Origin: Synechococcus sp.
GTDB taxonomy: Bacteria > Cyanobacteriota > Cyanobacteriia > PCC-6307 > Cyanobiaceae
Length of the DNA stretch: 64,000 bases
Reading direction: 5' to 3'
NCBI GenBank assembly: GCA_047285305.1
Contig: JBJBDL010000003.1
Span: 608,001-672,000 of the forward strand
Under the pieces are notes generated by a model. It had not been told where the DNA came from, did not search any database, and saw nothing but the letters and a program-made list of their open reading frames with translations. Both the position numbers and the translations under genes were made by a program. Below, in pieces: positions 24,324 through 35,392 of the stretch. Within the stretch, counting starts at the first letter, position 1; every line of letters begins with the position of its first letter.

Positions 24324-25676
24324 GTGCCCAGCACCGACACGATTGCGGCAGTGGCCACCGCCGTGGCCCCAGGTCAGGGCGGCATCGCCGTGATTCGTCT
24401 TTCCGGGCCGGCTGCGGAAGCGACGGGGCGCAGCGTGGTGCACTGCCCGGGCCGACAGGAGTGGGGATCGCACCGGGTGGTGTACGGCCATGTGATGGAT
24501 GGCGAGGGCCGCCGTCTCGATGAGGTGCTGCTGCTGCTGATGCGCGGGCCCCGCAGCTTCACCGGTGAGGACGTGGTGGAGATCCACTGCCATGGCGGGG
24601 TGATCGCCGTGCAGCGGGTGCTCGAACAGGTGCTGCGGCAGCCGGGAGTGCGGCGGGCCCAGCCGGGCGAGTTCAGTCAGCGGGCCGTACTCAACGGCCG
24701 GCTCGATCTCACCCGTGCCGAGGCGGTGAGTGAGCTAGTGGCGGCTCGCAGCCGCCGGGCGGCCGAGTTGGCCATGGCGGGCCTCGATGGCGGCATTCAG
24801 TCCCAGATCATGGCGCTGCGGGAACGGCTGCTCGATCAGCTCACCGAACTGGAGGCTCGGGTGGATTTCGAGGAGGACCTGCCGCCCCTCGATGGCGAGG
24901 CCCTGCTGCAGCAGCTGCAAGCCGTGCGTCTGGAGCTTCAGCAGTTGGTGCGTGATGGCGAGCGGGGCGATGCCCTGCGCCAGGGCCTGCGGGTCGCCCT
25001 GGTGGGTCGCCCCAACGTGGGGAAAAGTTCCCTGCTCAATCGGCTCAGCCGCCGCGAGCGGGCGATCGTGACCGATCTGCCGGGCACCACCAGAGATCTG
25101 CTGGAGAGCGAGATCGTGTTGGAGGGGGTGCCGATCACCCTGCTCGACACCGCCGGCATCCGCAGCACCGATGACGCGGTGGAGCAGCTGGGGATTGCCC
25201 GCAGCGAGGAAGCGCTGGCCACGGCGGATGTGGTGCTGTTGGTGCTCGACGGCCACGCGGGCTGGACCGCTGAAGACGCCGCCTTGCTGGCGCGCATCCC
25301 CGCGCAGATCCCCAGGATCCTGGTGGCCAACAAGGCGGATCTCCCTGCGGGGACCTTCCCCCAGCCGGTAGATGTTCAGTTGTCGGCCTTGGAGGGCACG
25401 GGAGAGGCCGACCTGGTGCAGGCCCTGCTGGAGCGTTGTGGTGCTGCAGGGACCGAAGGGGTGCTGCTGGCGCTGAACCAACGCCAACGCGATCTGGCCA
25501 CCCGAGCCGCCGAGGCCCTGGGCCGCAGCCAGGAGGTGGCGGACCAGCAGCTCCCATGGGACTTCTGGACCATCGATTTGCGGGAGGCGATCCGCGCGCT
25601 GGGGGAGATCACCGGAGAAGAGCTCACCGAAGCGGTGCTGGATCGGGTGTTTTCGCGCTTCTGCATCGGAAAATAG
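24324..25676 (+). CDS. mnmE: tRNA modification GTPase MnmE/TrmE
   Basis: Motifs DTIAAVAT, SFTGEDVVEIHCHGG, GRPNVGKSS, DTAG, C-terminal FCIGK. GTG start at 24324. Confidence 0.98.
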   Translation: MPSTDTIAAVATAVAPGQGGIAVIRLSGPAAEATGRSVVHCPGRQEWGSHRVVYGHVMDGEGRRLDEVLLLLMRGPRSFTGEDVVEIHCHGGVIAVQRVLEQVLRQPGVRRAQPGEFSQRAVLNGRLDLTRAEAVSELVAARSRRAAELAMAGLDGGIQSQIMALRERLLDQLTELEARVDFEEDLPPLDGEALLQQLQAVRLELQQLVRDGERGDALRQGLRVALVGRPNVGKSSLLNRLSRRERAIVTDLPGTTRDLLESEIVLEGVPITLLDTAGIRSTDDAVEQLGIARSEEALATADVVLLVLDGHAGWTAEDAALLARIPAQIPRILVANKADLPAGTFPQPVDVQLSALEGTGEADLVQALLERCGAAGTEGVLLALNQRQRDLATRAAEALGRSQEVADQQLPWDFWTIDLREAIRALGEITGEELTEAVLDRVFSRFCIGK

Positions 25677-25699
25677 TTTCAGCGGACGTCTGAAACGGT

Positions 25700-26539
25700 T
25701 TGGACTGGCAATCCCCGGCACTCACCGCTGCATTGGAGGCCTGGCTGGCGGAAGACATCGGCCGCGGTGATCTGACGGCGGCTGCCTTGCAGGGCCAGCA
25801 GGGTCATGCCCATTGGGTCGCCAAACAGCCGGGCAGGTTCTGCGGTGGACCGTTGGTGCAGCGCCTGTTCCAGCGTCTGGATCCCGGGGTGAGTCTTCGC
25901 CTGCTGCGGCAGGACGGTGACGCCGTTGAGGCCGGGGACTGCCTGCTGGAGCTGCGGGGGGCGGCCACGGCTTTGGTGGCGGGGGAACGCACCGCCTTGA
26001 ACCTGGCCATGCGCCTCTCGGGCATTGCCACCGCCACCGCTGCATTGGTGGCCCAGCTTGAGGGCACCGGTGTGTGTCTGGCCGACACCCGCAAGACCAC
26101 CCCCGGGCTTCGTCTGCTGGAGAAATACGCGGTGCGTTGCGGCGGCGGCATCAACCACCGCATGGGGCTGGATGACGCTGCCATGCTCAAGGAGAACCAC
26201 ATCGCCTGGGCGGGGGGCATCACAGCGGCCATCACGGCTGTGCGTGAGCAGGCCCCTTGGCCTACGGCCGTGATTGTGGAAGCGGAGACGGAGGCCCAGG
26301 CATTGGAGGCGGTGCAGGCGGGCGCCAATGGGGTGCTGCTGGATGAATTCAGTCCTGAGCAGCTCGCCCAGCTGGTGCCGCGCCTGCGGGCCTCCAGCAC
26401 CGGGGTGGTGGTGCTGGAGGCCTCCGGCATTCAGCCCGAGCAGTTGCAGGCCTACGCCGCCACCGGCATTGATCTGATCTCCACCAGCGCGCCGGTCACC
26501 CGCAGCCGCTGGCTCGACTTGAGCATGCGTTTCACCTGA
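25700..26539 (+). CDS. nadC: Quinolinate phosphoribosyltransferase
   Basis: Motifs EDIGRGDLT, ERTALN, DTRKTTPGLR, NHRMGL, LKENH, EASG. Confidence 0.97.
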   Translation: MDWQSPALTAALEAWLAEDIGRGDLTAAALQGQQGHAHWVAKQPGRFCGGPLVQRLFQRLDPGVSLRLLRQDGDAVEAGDCLLELRGAATALVAGERTALNLAMRLSGIATATAALVAQLEGTGVCLADTRKTTPGLRLLEKYAVRCGGGINHRMGLDDAAMLKENHIAWAGGITAAITAVREQAPWPTAVIVEAETEAQALEAVQAGANGVLLDEFSPEQLAQLVPRLRASSTGVVVLEASGIQPEQLQAYAATGIDLISTSAPVTRSRWLDLSMRFT

Positions 26540-26582
26540 AGAGGGATGATCAGAGCCGGATTCCCCCGGCCACGCACTGCCC

Positions 26583-28355
26583 ATGCTCAGCCTGTCCCAG
26601 TCCCTGGATGCCCAGCTGCGAGCGGCGATGCAACGGGCCTTCCCGGAAGCCGATGCGGGGCTGGATCCCCAACTGGCTCCTGCCAGCAAGCCGGAATTCG
26701 GCGACTTCCAGGCCAACGGCTCGCTGCCACTGGCCAAGCCCTTGAAGCAGGCTCCTCGGCAGATCGCCACGGCGATCGTGGAGCAGCTGCAGGCCGATCC
26801 CGCCTTCACCGACCTCTGTCTGGAGCCGCAGATCGCCGGGCCTGGCTTCATCAACCTCACGATCCGCCCGGAGCGGCTGGCGGCGGAGGTGTCGGCACGG
26901 CTGGGGGACGAGCGGCTCGGCGTGCCGGCGGTGGAGAACCCGGCGCCGGTTGTGGTGGATTTTTCCAGCCCCAACATCGCCAAGGAGATGCATGTGGGGC
27001 ATCTGCGCTCCACGATCATTGGCGACTCGCTGGCGCGGGTGCTCGAGTTCCGCGGCCATCCGGTGCTGCGCCTCAATCACGTGGGCGATTGGGGCACCCA
27101 GTTCGGCATGCTCATCACCCACCTCAAGCAGGTGGCGCCGGAAGCCCTGGACACCGCCGATGCGGTGGATCTTGGAGATCTCGTGGCTTTCTACCGCGAG
27201 GCCAAGAAGCGCTTCGATGACGATGAAGCCTTCCAGTCCACCTCCCGCGACGAGGTGGTGAAGCTGCAGGGGGGCGATCCGGTGTCGCTCAAGGCCTGGG
27301 GCCTGCTCTGCGACCAGTCGCGGCGCGAGTTTCAGAAGATCTACGACCGGCTCGACATTCGCCTTAGCGAACGCGGCGAGTCGTTCTACAACCCCTTCCT
27401 GCCAGCGGTGATTGATGGCCTGAAGGCCGCTGAGCTGCTGGTCACCGATGACGGTGCCCAGTGCGTGTTCCTTGAGGGCGTGCAGGGCAAGGACGGCAAG
27501 CCCCTGCCGGTGATCGTGCAGAAGAGCGACGGCGGCTTCAACTACGCCACCACTGATCTGGCGGCGATCCGCTACCGCTTTGGAGCGGCTCCTGAGGGGG
27601 ATGGTGCCCGCCGGGTGGTTTACGTCACCGATGCCGGCCAGGCAAACCATTTCGTCGGGGTGTTCCAGGTGGCCGAACGGGCCGGCTGGATCCCGGACGG
27701 TTCACGCCTCGAGCATGTGCCCTTTGGCCTGGTGCAGGGGGAAGACGGCAAGAAGCTCAAAACCCGCGCCGGCGACACCGTGCGTCTGCGGGATCTGCTC
27801 GATGAAGCCGTCGAGCGCGCCGAAACCGATCTTCGTTCACGCCTGAAGGAGGAGGAGCGCAGTGAGTCGGAGGAGTTCATCCAGCATGTGGCGGGCACCG
27901 TGGGTTTGGCGGCGGTGAAATACGCCGACCTCAGCCAGAACCGGATCACCAATTACCAGTTCTCCTTCGATCGGATGCTGGCGCTGCAGGGCAATACGGC
28001 GCCCTATCTCCTCTATGCCGTGGTGCGCATCGCCGGTATCGCCCGCAAGGGGGGCGACCTTGCGGCCACCAATGCCCAACTGCAGTTCAGCGAGCCCCAG
28101 GAGTGGGCCCTGGTGCGGGAGCTGCTCAAGTTCGATGCCGTGATCGCAGAGGTGGAGGAGGAGCTGCTGCCCAACCGCTTGTGCAGCTATCTGTTCGAGC
28201 TCAGCCAGGTGTTCAACCGCTTCTACGACCAGGTGCCAGTGCTCAAGGCCGATCCTGAAGCGCTGGCATCCCGCCTCGCCCTCTGCCGTTTGACGGCAGA
28301 CACCCTCAGACTGGGGCTCGGACTGCTGGGCATCGCCACCCTGGACCGCATGTGA
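26583..28355 (+). CDS. argS: Arginine--tRNA ligase
   Basis: HIGH-type motif [36 protein letters not shown]. Confidence 0.99.
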   Translation: MLSLSQSLDAQLRAAMQRAFPEADAGLDPQLAPASKPEFGDFQANGSLPLAKPLKQAPRQIATAIVEQLQADPAFTDLCLEPQIAGPGFINLTIRPERLAAEVSARLGDERLGVPAVENPAPVVVDFSSPNIAKEMHVGHLRSTIIGDSLARVLEFRGHPVLRLNHVGDWGTQFGMLITHLKQVAPEALDTADAVDLGDLVAFYREAKKRFDDDEAFQSTSRDEVVKLQGGDPVSLKAWGLLCDQSRREFQKIYDRLDIRLSERGESFYNPFLPAVIDGLKAAELLVTDDGAQCVFLEGVQGKDGKPLPVIVQKSDGGFNYATTDLAAIRYRFGAAPEGDGARRVVYVTDAGQANHFVGVFQVAERAGWIPDGSRLEHVPFGLVQGEDGKKLKTRAGDTVRLRDLLDEAVERAETDLRSRLKEEERSESEEFIQHVAGTVGLAAVKYADLSQNRITNYQFSFDRMLALQGNTAPYLLYAVVRIAGIARKGGDLAATNAQLQFSEPQEWALVRELLKFDAVIAEVEEELLPNRLCSYLFELSQVFNRFYDQVPVLKADPEALASRLALCRLTADTLRLGLGLLGIATLDRM

Positions 28356-29470
28356 GCGACAACACTCAACCGTTCACACCCGGTGGTGCTCCGGCGGCCC
28401 GCGCCGCCGTTGAGCAGCTCAAGGCCTACAGCGCGCCGTTGGAGGGCCGCCGCCAGATGCTGCGGCTGGATTTCAACGAGAACACGATTGGTCCCAGCCC
28501 CTTGGTAGCCCAGGCCCTGCGCAACTTCAGCACCGAAGAAATTGCCGTTTATCCGGAGTACGACGGCCTGCGGGACGCGTTGCTGCAGAACCTGGAGGAA
28601 ACCGGCTGCCGGCCTGGATTGAAGCCGGATCAGGTGGGCCTGTTCAACGGTGTGGATGCCGCCATCCATGCGGTGTTTCAGGCCTATGGCGATGCGGGTG
28701 AGACGTTGCTGACCACAGCGCCCACCTTCGGGTACTACAGCCCCTGCGCCGGGATGCAGGGCATGACCATCGAGGCGATTCCCTACGAAGGGGAGTCGTT
28801 CGACTTCCCGTTGGCGGCCATTCAGGAGGCATTGGTAGCTCAAGCGCCGCGGTTGCTGTTGATCTGCAACCCCAACAACCCCACTGGCACGCGCTTGCCA
28901 GCAGATCAGGTGATCGCTTTGGCGGCCTCAGCCCCGGGCACCTTGGTGGTGGTGGATGAGCTCTATGAGGCCTTCACCGGAGACAGCGTGCTGCCGAGCG
29001 CAGATTTCACGGCCACACCGAACCTGCTGGTGTTCCGCTCCCTGGCCAAAACAGCTGGGTTGGCGGGGTTGCGGATTGGCTTTGCGATTGGCCACGCCGA
29101 TGTGGTCGATCGGGTGAGTCGCGTCACGGGCCCCTATGACCTCAACAGCGTGGCCGTGGCCGCGGCTTTTGCCGCCTTGGCGGATCAGTCGTATGTGGAT
29201 GCCTACGTGGCCGAGGTGCTGCGGGCTCGCCACTGGACACTGCAGGAGCTGCGGGACGCGGGGGTTCGGCATCACTGCGATGGCGGCAACTATCTGCTGA
29301 TCTGGCCCCAGCGACCCGTTGATGCCGTGGATGCGTCGTTGCGCGAGGCGGGAATCCTGGTGCGTTCGATGGCAGGCAAGCCCTTGATCGATGGTTGCTT
29401 CCGGGTGAGCATCGGCACCACAAGCCAGATGCAGCGCTTCATGGAGGCGTTCCTCCTCCTGGAGCGATGA
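28352..29470 (+). CDS. HisC-like class I/II aminotransferase
   Basis: Motifs [46 protein letters not shown]. Confidence 0.85.
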   Translation: MSDNTQPFTPGGAPAARAAVEQLKAYSAPLEGRRQMLRLDFNENTIGPSPLVAQALRNFSTEEIAVYPEYDGLRDALLQNLEETGCRPGLKPDQVGLFNGVDAAIHAVFQAYGDAGETLLTTAPTFGYYSPCAGMQGMTIEAIPYEGESFDFPLAAIQEALVAQAPRLLLICNPNNPTGTRLPADQVIALAASAPGTLVVVDELYEAFTGDSVLPSADFTATPNLLVFRSLAKTAGLAGLRIGFAIGHADVVDRVSRVTGPYDLNSVAVAAAFAALADQSYVDAYVAEVLRARHWTLQELRDAGVRHHCDGGNYLLIWPQRPVDAVDASLREAGILVRSMAGKPLIDGCFRVSIGTTSQMQRFMEAFLLLER

Positions 29471-30450
29471 ACCGCCTGCTGCTGTTGGCCACCGGCGGCA
29501 CCATTGCCGGCTGTGCGGAGAACAGTGCAACTCTGAACAACTACACCGCGGGCGTGCTCGGGGGTGATGCCCTGTTGGCGGCGGTGCCGCAGCTGCAGGA
29601 TCTGGCGGCAATCAGTGTTGAGCAGGTGGCCAATGTCGACAGCGCCGACCTGTTGTTTGCCCATTGGCGCGCGCTGGTGGTGCGCATTCGTGCTGCCTTT
29701 GCAGCAGACCCCGAGCTGGCTGGAGTGGTGATCACCCATGGCACCAACACGCTGGAGGAAACCGCCTGGTTGCTGCAGCTGTTGATCGATGATCCCCGGC
29801 CGGTGGTGCTGGTGGGTGCGATGCGGCCGGCCACGGCCCTTAGTGCCGATGGGCCGTTGAATCTGTTGCAGGCGGTGCAGGTGGCCTCAAGCCCAGAAGC
29901 CCGCGGTCAGGGCGTGTTGGTGGTGTTGGATGGCCAGATCCATGCCGGCCAGCGGGTCACCAAGCTGGCCACTCAGGGGGTGGGGGCGTTCGCCAGTCCC
30001 GGCACCGGGCCCTTGGGCTGGGTGGACGACGTTGGCGTTCATCTGCCCATGGCGAGCGGATCCCGGCAGGTGCCCTTTGCTGATCTCGCTTTACCGGAGC
30101 AATGGCCCCAGGTGCCGATCGTCTACGGCTGTGTGGAGCCAGAGTCGCTCCTGCTCACCGCTTGCCTCAACGCCGGCGTTGAGGGTTTGGTGCTCACGGG
30201 GACTGGAGCGGGACAGCTGTCGGCGGCTGAGCGTTCGGCGCTTCAGGCTTGGCCAGGGAAGCGGCCGTTGATGCTGCGGGCCAACCGGTGCGGATCTGGG
30301 CCCGTGCACCACCATTCCGAGGATGAAAGGCTCGGGCTGCTGCCCGCGGGCAGTCTCAACCCCCAGAAAGCAAGGGTGTTGTTGTTGTTGGCTGTGCTGG
30401 CGGGTTGGGACAGAAATCAGCTGGCGGCACTGATCACTGCATCACCGTGA
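29467..30450 (+). CDS. Asparaginase/glutaminase-family amidohydrolase
   Basis: Motifs ATGGTIAG, ITHGTNTLEETA, VGAMRP, DGPLNL, RVTK, LNPQKARVLL. ATG overlaps the upstream TGA. Confidence 0.9.
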   Translation: MNRLLLLATGGTIAGCAENSATLNNYTAGVLGGDALLAAVPQLQDLAAISVEQVANVDSADLLFAHWRALVVRIRAAFAADPELAGVVITHGTNTLEETAWLLQLLIDDPRPVVLVGAMRPATALSADGPLNLLQAVQVASSPEARGQGVLVVLDGQIHAGQRVTKLATQGVGAFASPGTGPLGWVDDVGVHLPMASGSRQVPFADLALPEQWPQVPIVYGCVEPESLLLTACLNAGVEGLVLTGTGAGQLSAAERSALQAWPGKRPLMLRANRCGSGPVHHHSEDERLGLLPAGSLNPQKARVLLLLAVLAGWDRNQLAALITASP

Positions 30451-31156
30451 TCACGGTGGTGTCGTCGAGGCGTCCCGGGAGGGTTTGCGACCGGCCCACC
30501 CGGCGCACGGCTGTGCCACCCATGGCGTCGAGGAAGGGCTGCACACCCTCTTGATCACAGCCTTCAGGTGCTTCTCCGTTGACGTACTGCACCGGGATGA
30601 CGCGTTTGGGGTTCAACTGCTCCACCACCGCCGCAGCTTCATCGGCGTCGTAGATCTTGCTGCCCCCACCCACGCCGATGATCAGCACATCGGGGTTGCC
30701 CAGCAGCACCTTGTCGGCAGCTGTTAGCTCTCCAGCGGTGGCACCGAGATGGGCAAAGCTGAGGCCCCCCTGCTGCCAGCGCCAGAGGGTGGCGTTGCCA
30801 AAGCGGCGTCCGCCCACGCGGTCGTGGGGATTGGCAAAGCCCTCAAGCCTCAGCCCTCCAATGCGATACGACCCGGGTTGGGCCAGAAAGCGGCCGCCGG
30901 CCACGTCGCGGGCTCCTTCATCGGCGAGTTCGGAGTTGGTCAGAACAACGCCGGCCGTCAGCCGAGGTTCAGGGAGCCCCGCAGCACAACCCACGGCCTT
31001 GTAGGGGTTGAGCAGCACCGACTGGCCCCCCCCCTGGATCAGCAATGCCCGCTGCCCATAGCTGCTGATCGACACTCCACCACCCGCCAGGGCCGGAGAC
31101 GTGAGGCTGAGTGCCAGGCCTGCAGCGGCGGTCGCGGCGGAACGCAGGACGGACAT
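30434..31156 (-). CDS. Metallo-beta-lactamase-fold protein with signal peptide
   Basis: Motifs HDRVGGRRFG, AHLG, PDVLIIGVGG, LNPKRVIP. Confidence 0.75.
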   Translation of the reverse strand: MSVLRSAATAAAGLALSLTSPALAGGGVSISSYGQRALLIQGGGQSVLLNPYKAVGCAAGLPEPRLTAGVVLTNSELADEGARDVAGGRFLAQPGSYRIGGLRLEGFANPHDRVGGRRFGNATLWRWQQGGLSFAHLGATAGELTAADKVLLGNPDVLIIGVGGGSKIYDADEAAAVVEQLNPKRVIPVQYVNGEAPEGCDQEGVQPFLDAMGGTAVRRVGRSQTLPGRLDDTTVITVMQ

Positions 31157-31191
31157 GGGAGGGGTTGAACGTGTTTCGGACGCTAACAGCG

Positions 31192-31785
31192 TTATCCCTC
31201 AGCTTCCCGCAGGAAATTGGCCAGCAGTTGGTGGCCTTGATCGGTGAGCACGCTTTCGGGGTGGAACTGCACCCCCTGCAGGTGGTGATGGTCGCGGTGC
31301 TGCAGGCCCATGATCGTGCCGTCCTCGAGCCAGGCGGTCACCTCGAGGCAGTCCGGCAGGCTGTCGCGTTCGGCGATCAGGGAGTGGTAGCGGGTGGCCG
31401 TCAGCGGTTGGGGCAGTCCCGCGAACACGCCGTCGCCCTTGTGCAGCACGGGGGAGGTTTTCCCGTGCATCTGCTGCTGGGCGCGCACCACACGGCCGCC
31501 GTACACCTGGGCGATGGCCTGATGGCCCAGGCATACCCCCAGGGTGGGCACCGTTGCGGAAAGCTCTTTGAGGATGTCGAGGCAGACGCCTGATTGATCC
31601 GGGTCGCCAGGGCCTGGAGAGAGCAGGATCGCGTCGGGCTTCAGGGCACGGATCTGCTCGAGGCTGATGGCGTCGTTGCGATGCACCTGCAGATCGGCTG
31701 CCACCGGATGCTGGGCGGCGAGCTCACCGAAGTACTGCACCAGGTTGAAGGTGAAGCTGTCGTAGTTGTCGATGACCAGCAGCAT
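31192..31785 (-). CDS. Anthranilate/aminodeoxychorismate synthase component II (TrpG/PabA glutamine amidotransferase)
   Basis: Motifs [36 protein letters not shown]. Confidence 0.95.
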   Translation of the reverse strand: MLLVIDNYDSFTFNLVQYFGELAAQHPVAADLQVHRNDAISLEQIRALKPDAILLSPGPGDPDQSGVCLDILKELSATVPTLGVCLGHQAIAQVYGGRVVRAQQQMHGKTSPVLHKGDGVFAGLPQPLTATRYHSLIAERDSLPDCLEVTAWLEDGTIMGLQHRDHHHLQGVQFHPESVLTDQGHQLLANFLREAEG

Positions 31786-31799
31786 CTGCGAATCGGGAG

Positions 31800-32264
31800 T
31801 CAGAGCCCCAGGCGGAGCAGGAGCGGCGGAAGCAGGAGAAACAGAGCGATCAGCAAGGAGCTGATGGCGGCTGTCAGCACGGCGGCGGCAGCACAGTCTT
31901 TGGCGATGCGGGCTAAGGGGTGATAACGCCGGCCAATGGCCAGATCCACCACCGCTTCCATCGCTGTGTTCAGCAGCTCCAACACCAGAACGGCAGCCAC
32001 CGTAAGCACCAGCACGGCCAGGCGGATCAGATCCAGTTGCAGCCAGGTGGCCAGGCCAAACACCACCAGCCCCGTCACCACATGGATGCGGAAGTTGCGC
32101 TGTGTGAGGAAGGCGTAGCCGAGGCCCTGGGCCGCGTAGCGAAAACTCGAGGGCAGATCACCGGCGATGCGCCAGCTGCCCCGTCGTCGCATGGCATTGG
32201 GCACCATGGCCACCTCCTCTGAAGCTGCATCTGCGGAGGGTGTCCGGGGCGATTCAGTGGTCAT
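31800..32264 (-). CDS. dgkA: Diacylglycerol/undecaprenol kinase family protein
   Basis: Motifs [36 protein letters not shown]. Start uncertain. Confidence 0.9.
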   Translation of the reverse strand: MTTESPRTPSADAASEEVAMVPNAMRRRGSWRIAGDLPSSFRYAAQGLGYAFLTQRNFRIHVVTGLVVFGLATWLQLDLIRLAVLVLTVAAVLVLELLNTAMEAVVDLAIGRRYHPLARIAKDCAAAAVLTAAISSLLIALFLLLPPLLLRLGL

Positions 32265-32311
32265 CGGAACGGAACTCAGACTCCGCAGGCCACACGCCCG
32301 CTTTTCGAAGA

Positions 32312-32830
32312 TTACCCGGGTTGTCCAAGCCACCCATCCCCAAGAAGCCTCTCCTGCAGGGCCAGCATTGCGGCAAGGCTCTCGTCATCGGGATGGTCCC
32401 AGCCCAGCAGGTGCAGCAGGCCATGGCTCACCAGCCAGCGCAATTCCCGCTGCAGGCTGTGCCCCTGTTCCTGGGCCTGACGCCGGGCCGTCTCCAGGGA
32501 GACGACGATGTCCCCCAGTTCGATGCTGGGGCCTTCCATCCAGTCGCCGGCGTCGTCGAGGGCGGCAAAGGACAACACGTCCGTGGGGCCTGTTTTCTGG
32601 CGCCAGGCGCTGTTCAAATCCGCGATATCGGCGTCATCGGTGAAACGCAGTCCCAGGCTGAGCTCTTCCGCCGCACGCACCAGGGTTGGGCAGTCGAAGC
32701 TGGAATCCCCGCAGATGCTGTTCAGCCAACGTTCCAACTGCTGGAGCCAGGCCGTTTCATCGAGCAGATCGGTGCTGTCGGAGGGTTGCAGCGTCACCCC
32801 CTCCCGATCCAGTGCGAGGTCGAGCTCCAT
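32312..32830 (-). CDS. ybeY: rRNA maturation endoribonuclease YbeY
   Basis: Motifs PTDVLSF, LGDIVVS, HGLLHLLGWDH. Confidence 0.96.
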   Translation of the reverse strand: MELDLALDREGVTLQPSDSTDLLDETAWLQQLERWLNSICGDSSFDCPTLVRAAEELSLGLRFTDDADIADLNSAWRQKTGPTDVLSFAALDDAGDWMEGPSIELGDIVVSLETARRQAQEQGHSLQRELRWLVSHGLLHLLGWDHPDDESLAAMLALQERLLGDGWLGQPG

Positions 32831-32832
32831 GC

Positions 32833-32997
32833 CTACCCCGGCAGGGTCGGACGCCCCAGCCAAGCCACGAGGGTGATGAAGCCGAGGAAGCCCATGGCGG
32901 TGAGGCCGAAGTGAAACAGGCTCTTGCTGCCCATGCGCACCATGTTGCGCATGGCCTGTTTGACGAAGCTCGGCGGTGGGTTGCTCTCGCTGGCCAT
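32833..32997 (-). CDS. DUF3285-like small membrane protein
   Basis: PPSFVKQAMRNMVRMG followed by one transmembrane helix; lies between prfB and ybeY. Confidence 0.75.
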   Translation of the reverse strand: MASESNPPPSFVKQAMRNMVRMGSKSLFHFGLTAMGFLGFITLVAWLGRPTLPG

Positions 32998-33001
32998 GGG
33001 A

Positions 33002-34130
33002 TCAGGAATCGGCATCGGCGCCGGGACTGTCGACACCCTGGCGCAAAGAGGCGTCGATGAAGGGGTCGAGGGCCCCATCCATCACCGCTTGCACATCGTT
33101 GGTTTCTTCATTGGTGCGCAGGTCTTTCACCATTTGGTATGGCTGGAAAACGTAGTTGCGGATCTGGTTGCCCCAGGCCGCTTCAACAATGTCGCCGCGG
33201 ATGTCGGCGATTTCGGCCGCCCGTTGCTCCTGGGCGATCACCAGCAGCTTGGCCATCAGCAACGCCATTGCTTTCTCCTTGTTCTGGAGCTGGGAGCGCT
33301 CCTGGGTGCAGCGCACAAACAGCCCGGTTGGGATGTGCAGGATGCGCACAGCCGTTTCCACCTTGTTCACGTTCTGGCCACCCGCGCCGCCCGAGCGGCT
33401 GGTGGTGATCTCCAGGTCCTTTTCAGGAATATCGAGCTTGACCTCCTCCTCGATTTTGGGCATGACCTCCACACCGGCAAAGCTGGTCTGACGCTTGTCA
33501 TTGGCGTTGAACGGTGAGATGCGCACCAGGCGATGGGTGCCCTTTTCGTTGCGCAGGTAGCCGTAGGCGTAGCGCCCTTCGATCTCGATCGTGCAGCTCT
33601 TGATCCCGGCTTCCTCCCCTTCGGAGAGTTCATCCACTGTCACCTTCATGCCGTGGTCTTCCGCCCAGCGGGTGTACATGCGCAGCAGCATCTGGGCCCA
33701 GTCCTGAGCGTCTGTGCCGCCAGCCCCTGCATTGATGCTGAGCACGGCACCCTCTTTGTCGTATTCGCCGCTGAGCAGGCGCTCCAGTTCCCAGCGGTCC
33801 AGCCCCTGGCGCAACTGGTTCAGCCCGTTCTGAGCTTCCTGCAGCAGGTCCTCATCGGGCTCCAGTTCGTAGAGCTCAAGGGTGGCTTGGGCGTCGTCGA
33901 CCGCACCGCGCCATCCTGCCAGCTGAGACAGCTGGGCTTTCACCTCATCCAGACGCCGCATCTGCTTCTGGGCGTTCTGCTGGTCATCCCAGAAATCGGG
34001 CTGGGCCGCGAGTTGTTCGAGATCCTGTTGCCTGGCGTTCAGTGCAGGAACGTCAAAGACAGTCCTGGGCATTGCCCAGGCGGTCAGTGAGCTCGGAGAG
34101 ATCGCGTTTGAAGTCGGTGAGATCCAGCAA
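33002..34130 (-). CDS. prfB: Peptide chain release factor 2, with programmed +1 frameshift at 34058-34053
   Basis: TTG at 34130 gives [25 protein letters not shown], then CTT TGA C; the +1 frame continues DVPAL. SPF and GGQ motifs present. Confidence 0.97.
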
Positions 34131-34207
34131 GGACTCGGTCCTGATCAGCCTCTGACGCTATCAGCGCAGTAGCTGCATAGGATCCGACCACTGGCATCAC
34201 CAACGCA

Positions 34208-34465
34208 ATGGCCAAGGTTGAGATTTACACCTGGCAAACCTGCCCGTTCTGCGTCCGCGCCAAGGGGCTTCTGGACCGCAAGGGGGTGAGCTACACCGAA
34301 CACAGCGTGGATGGGGATGAGCCCGCTCGGGATGCCATGGCGGCGCGGGGTGATGGTCGCCGCAGCGTTCCGCAGGTGTACATCGACGATCGCCACATCG
34401 GTGGTTGTGACGACATCTATGCCCTGGATCGTGCCGGTGAGCTCGATGCGCTGCTGAAGGCCTGA
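34208..34465 (+). CDS. grxC: Glutaredoxin 3
   Basis: CPFC active site, SVPQ, IGGCDD. Confidence 0.95.
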   Translation: MAKVEIYTWQTCPFCVRAKGLLDRKGVSYTEHSVDGDEPARDAMAARGDGRRSVPQVYIDDRHIGGCDDIYALDRAGELDALLKA

Positions 34466-34468
34466 TCG

Positions 34469-35392
34469 ATGCGCCAGCTGTTCGTTCTGGATCCGCTGGG
34501 GCAGATCAATCCAGCCAAGGATTCCTCTGCTGCGCTGATGCAGGCCGCCCATCGCGCCGGCGATGAGGTGTGGGCCTGCACGCCCTCCGATCTGATTGCA
34601 CGGGGCGATGAACCCCTCGCGATTGCCCTGCCGGTGACGCCGGAGCCCTGGATCACGGTTGGGGTGGCTGAACGTCAGGCCCTGGCTGGGTTTGATGTGA
34701 TCTGGATGCGAAAGGACCCGCCGGTTGATGAGGCGTATCTGTACGCCACCCATCTGCTGGAGGTGGCTGAGCGAGCTGGGGTGCGGGTGCTCAATCGCCC
34801 CAGTGCGCTGCGCAGCTGGAACGAAAAGCTGGGGGCCTTGCGCTTCAGCCGTTGGATGGCTCCCACGCTGGTGGCGGGGCGGGTGTCTGAACTGCTGTTG
34901 TTTGCCCAGGAGCAGCAGGAGATCGTGCTCAAACCCTTGGGGGGTCGTGCCGGCCTGGGGGTAATTCGGGTTAACGGCCAGGCGCCGGGCTTGAAGGCGC
35001 TGCTGGAATTGGTGACAGAGCAGGAAAGCCTGCCGGTGATGGCCCAGGCCTTTCTGCCATCCGTGACCGAGGGTGACAAGCGCATCCTTCTGGTGGACGG
35101 TGATCCCCTGGGGGCGATCAACCGGCGTCCTTCAGCCGGAGAATTCCGCAGCAATCTGGCCGTGGGTGGCCAGGCGGAAGCCACGGAACTCTCCGAGCGG
35201 GAACGTCAGATCTGCGCTGCTCTGGCCCCGGCGCTGCGGGCAGAGGGGTTGTTCTTCGTTGGCATTGACGTGATCGGCGGCATGCTCAGTGAAATCAACG
35301 TCACCAGCCCCACCGGGGTGCGGGAAGTGGAGAGGCTGATGAACCAGCCGTTGGCCGATCAGACGATCGAGCGGTTGCGCGCGCTGGTCTGA
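34469..35392 (+). CDS. gshB: Glutathione synthetase
   Basis: Motifs [35 protein letters not shown]. Confidence 0.98.
   Translation: MRQLFVLDPLGQINPAKDSSAALMQAAHRAGDEVWACTPSDLIARGDEPLAIALPVTPEPWITVGVAERQALAGFDVIWMRKDPPVDEAYLYATHLLEVAERAGVRVLNRPSALRSWNEKLGALRFSRWMAPTLVAGRVSELLLFAQEQQEIVLKPLGGRAGLGVIRVNGQAPGLKALLELVTEQESLPVMAQAFLPSVTEGDKRILLVDGDPLGAINRRPSAGEFRSNLAVGGQAEATELSERERQICAALAPALRAEGLFFVGIDVIGGMLSEINVTSPTGVREVERLMNQPLADQTIERLRALV

Noticed and set aside
24301..24330. Out-of-frame ATG upstream of mnmE suggesting a frameshift
   Set aside because: The in-frame GTG at 24324 gives a complete N-terminus (PSTDTIAAVAT), so no frameshift is needed.
35359..35392. Short convergent 3' overlaps (gshB/menF, menE/thioesterase, AI-2E/cysC, chlM/pseudouridine synthase)
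   Set aside because: Common in compact GC-rich picocyanobacterial genomes; no sign of a special function.
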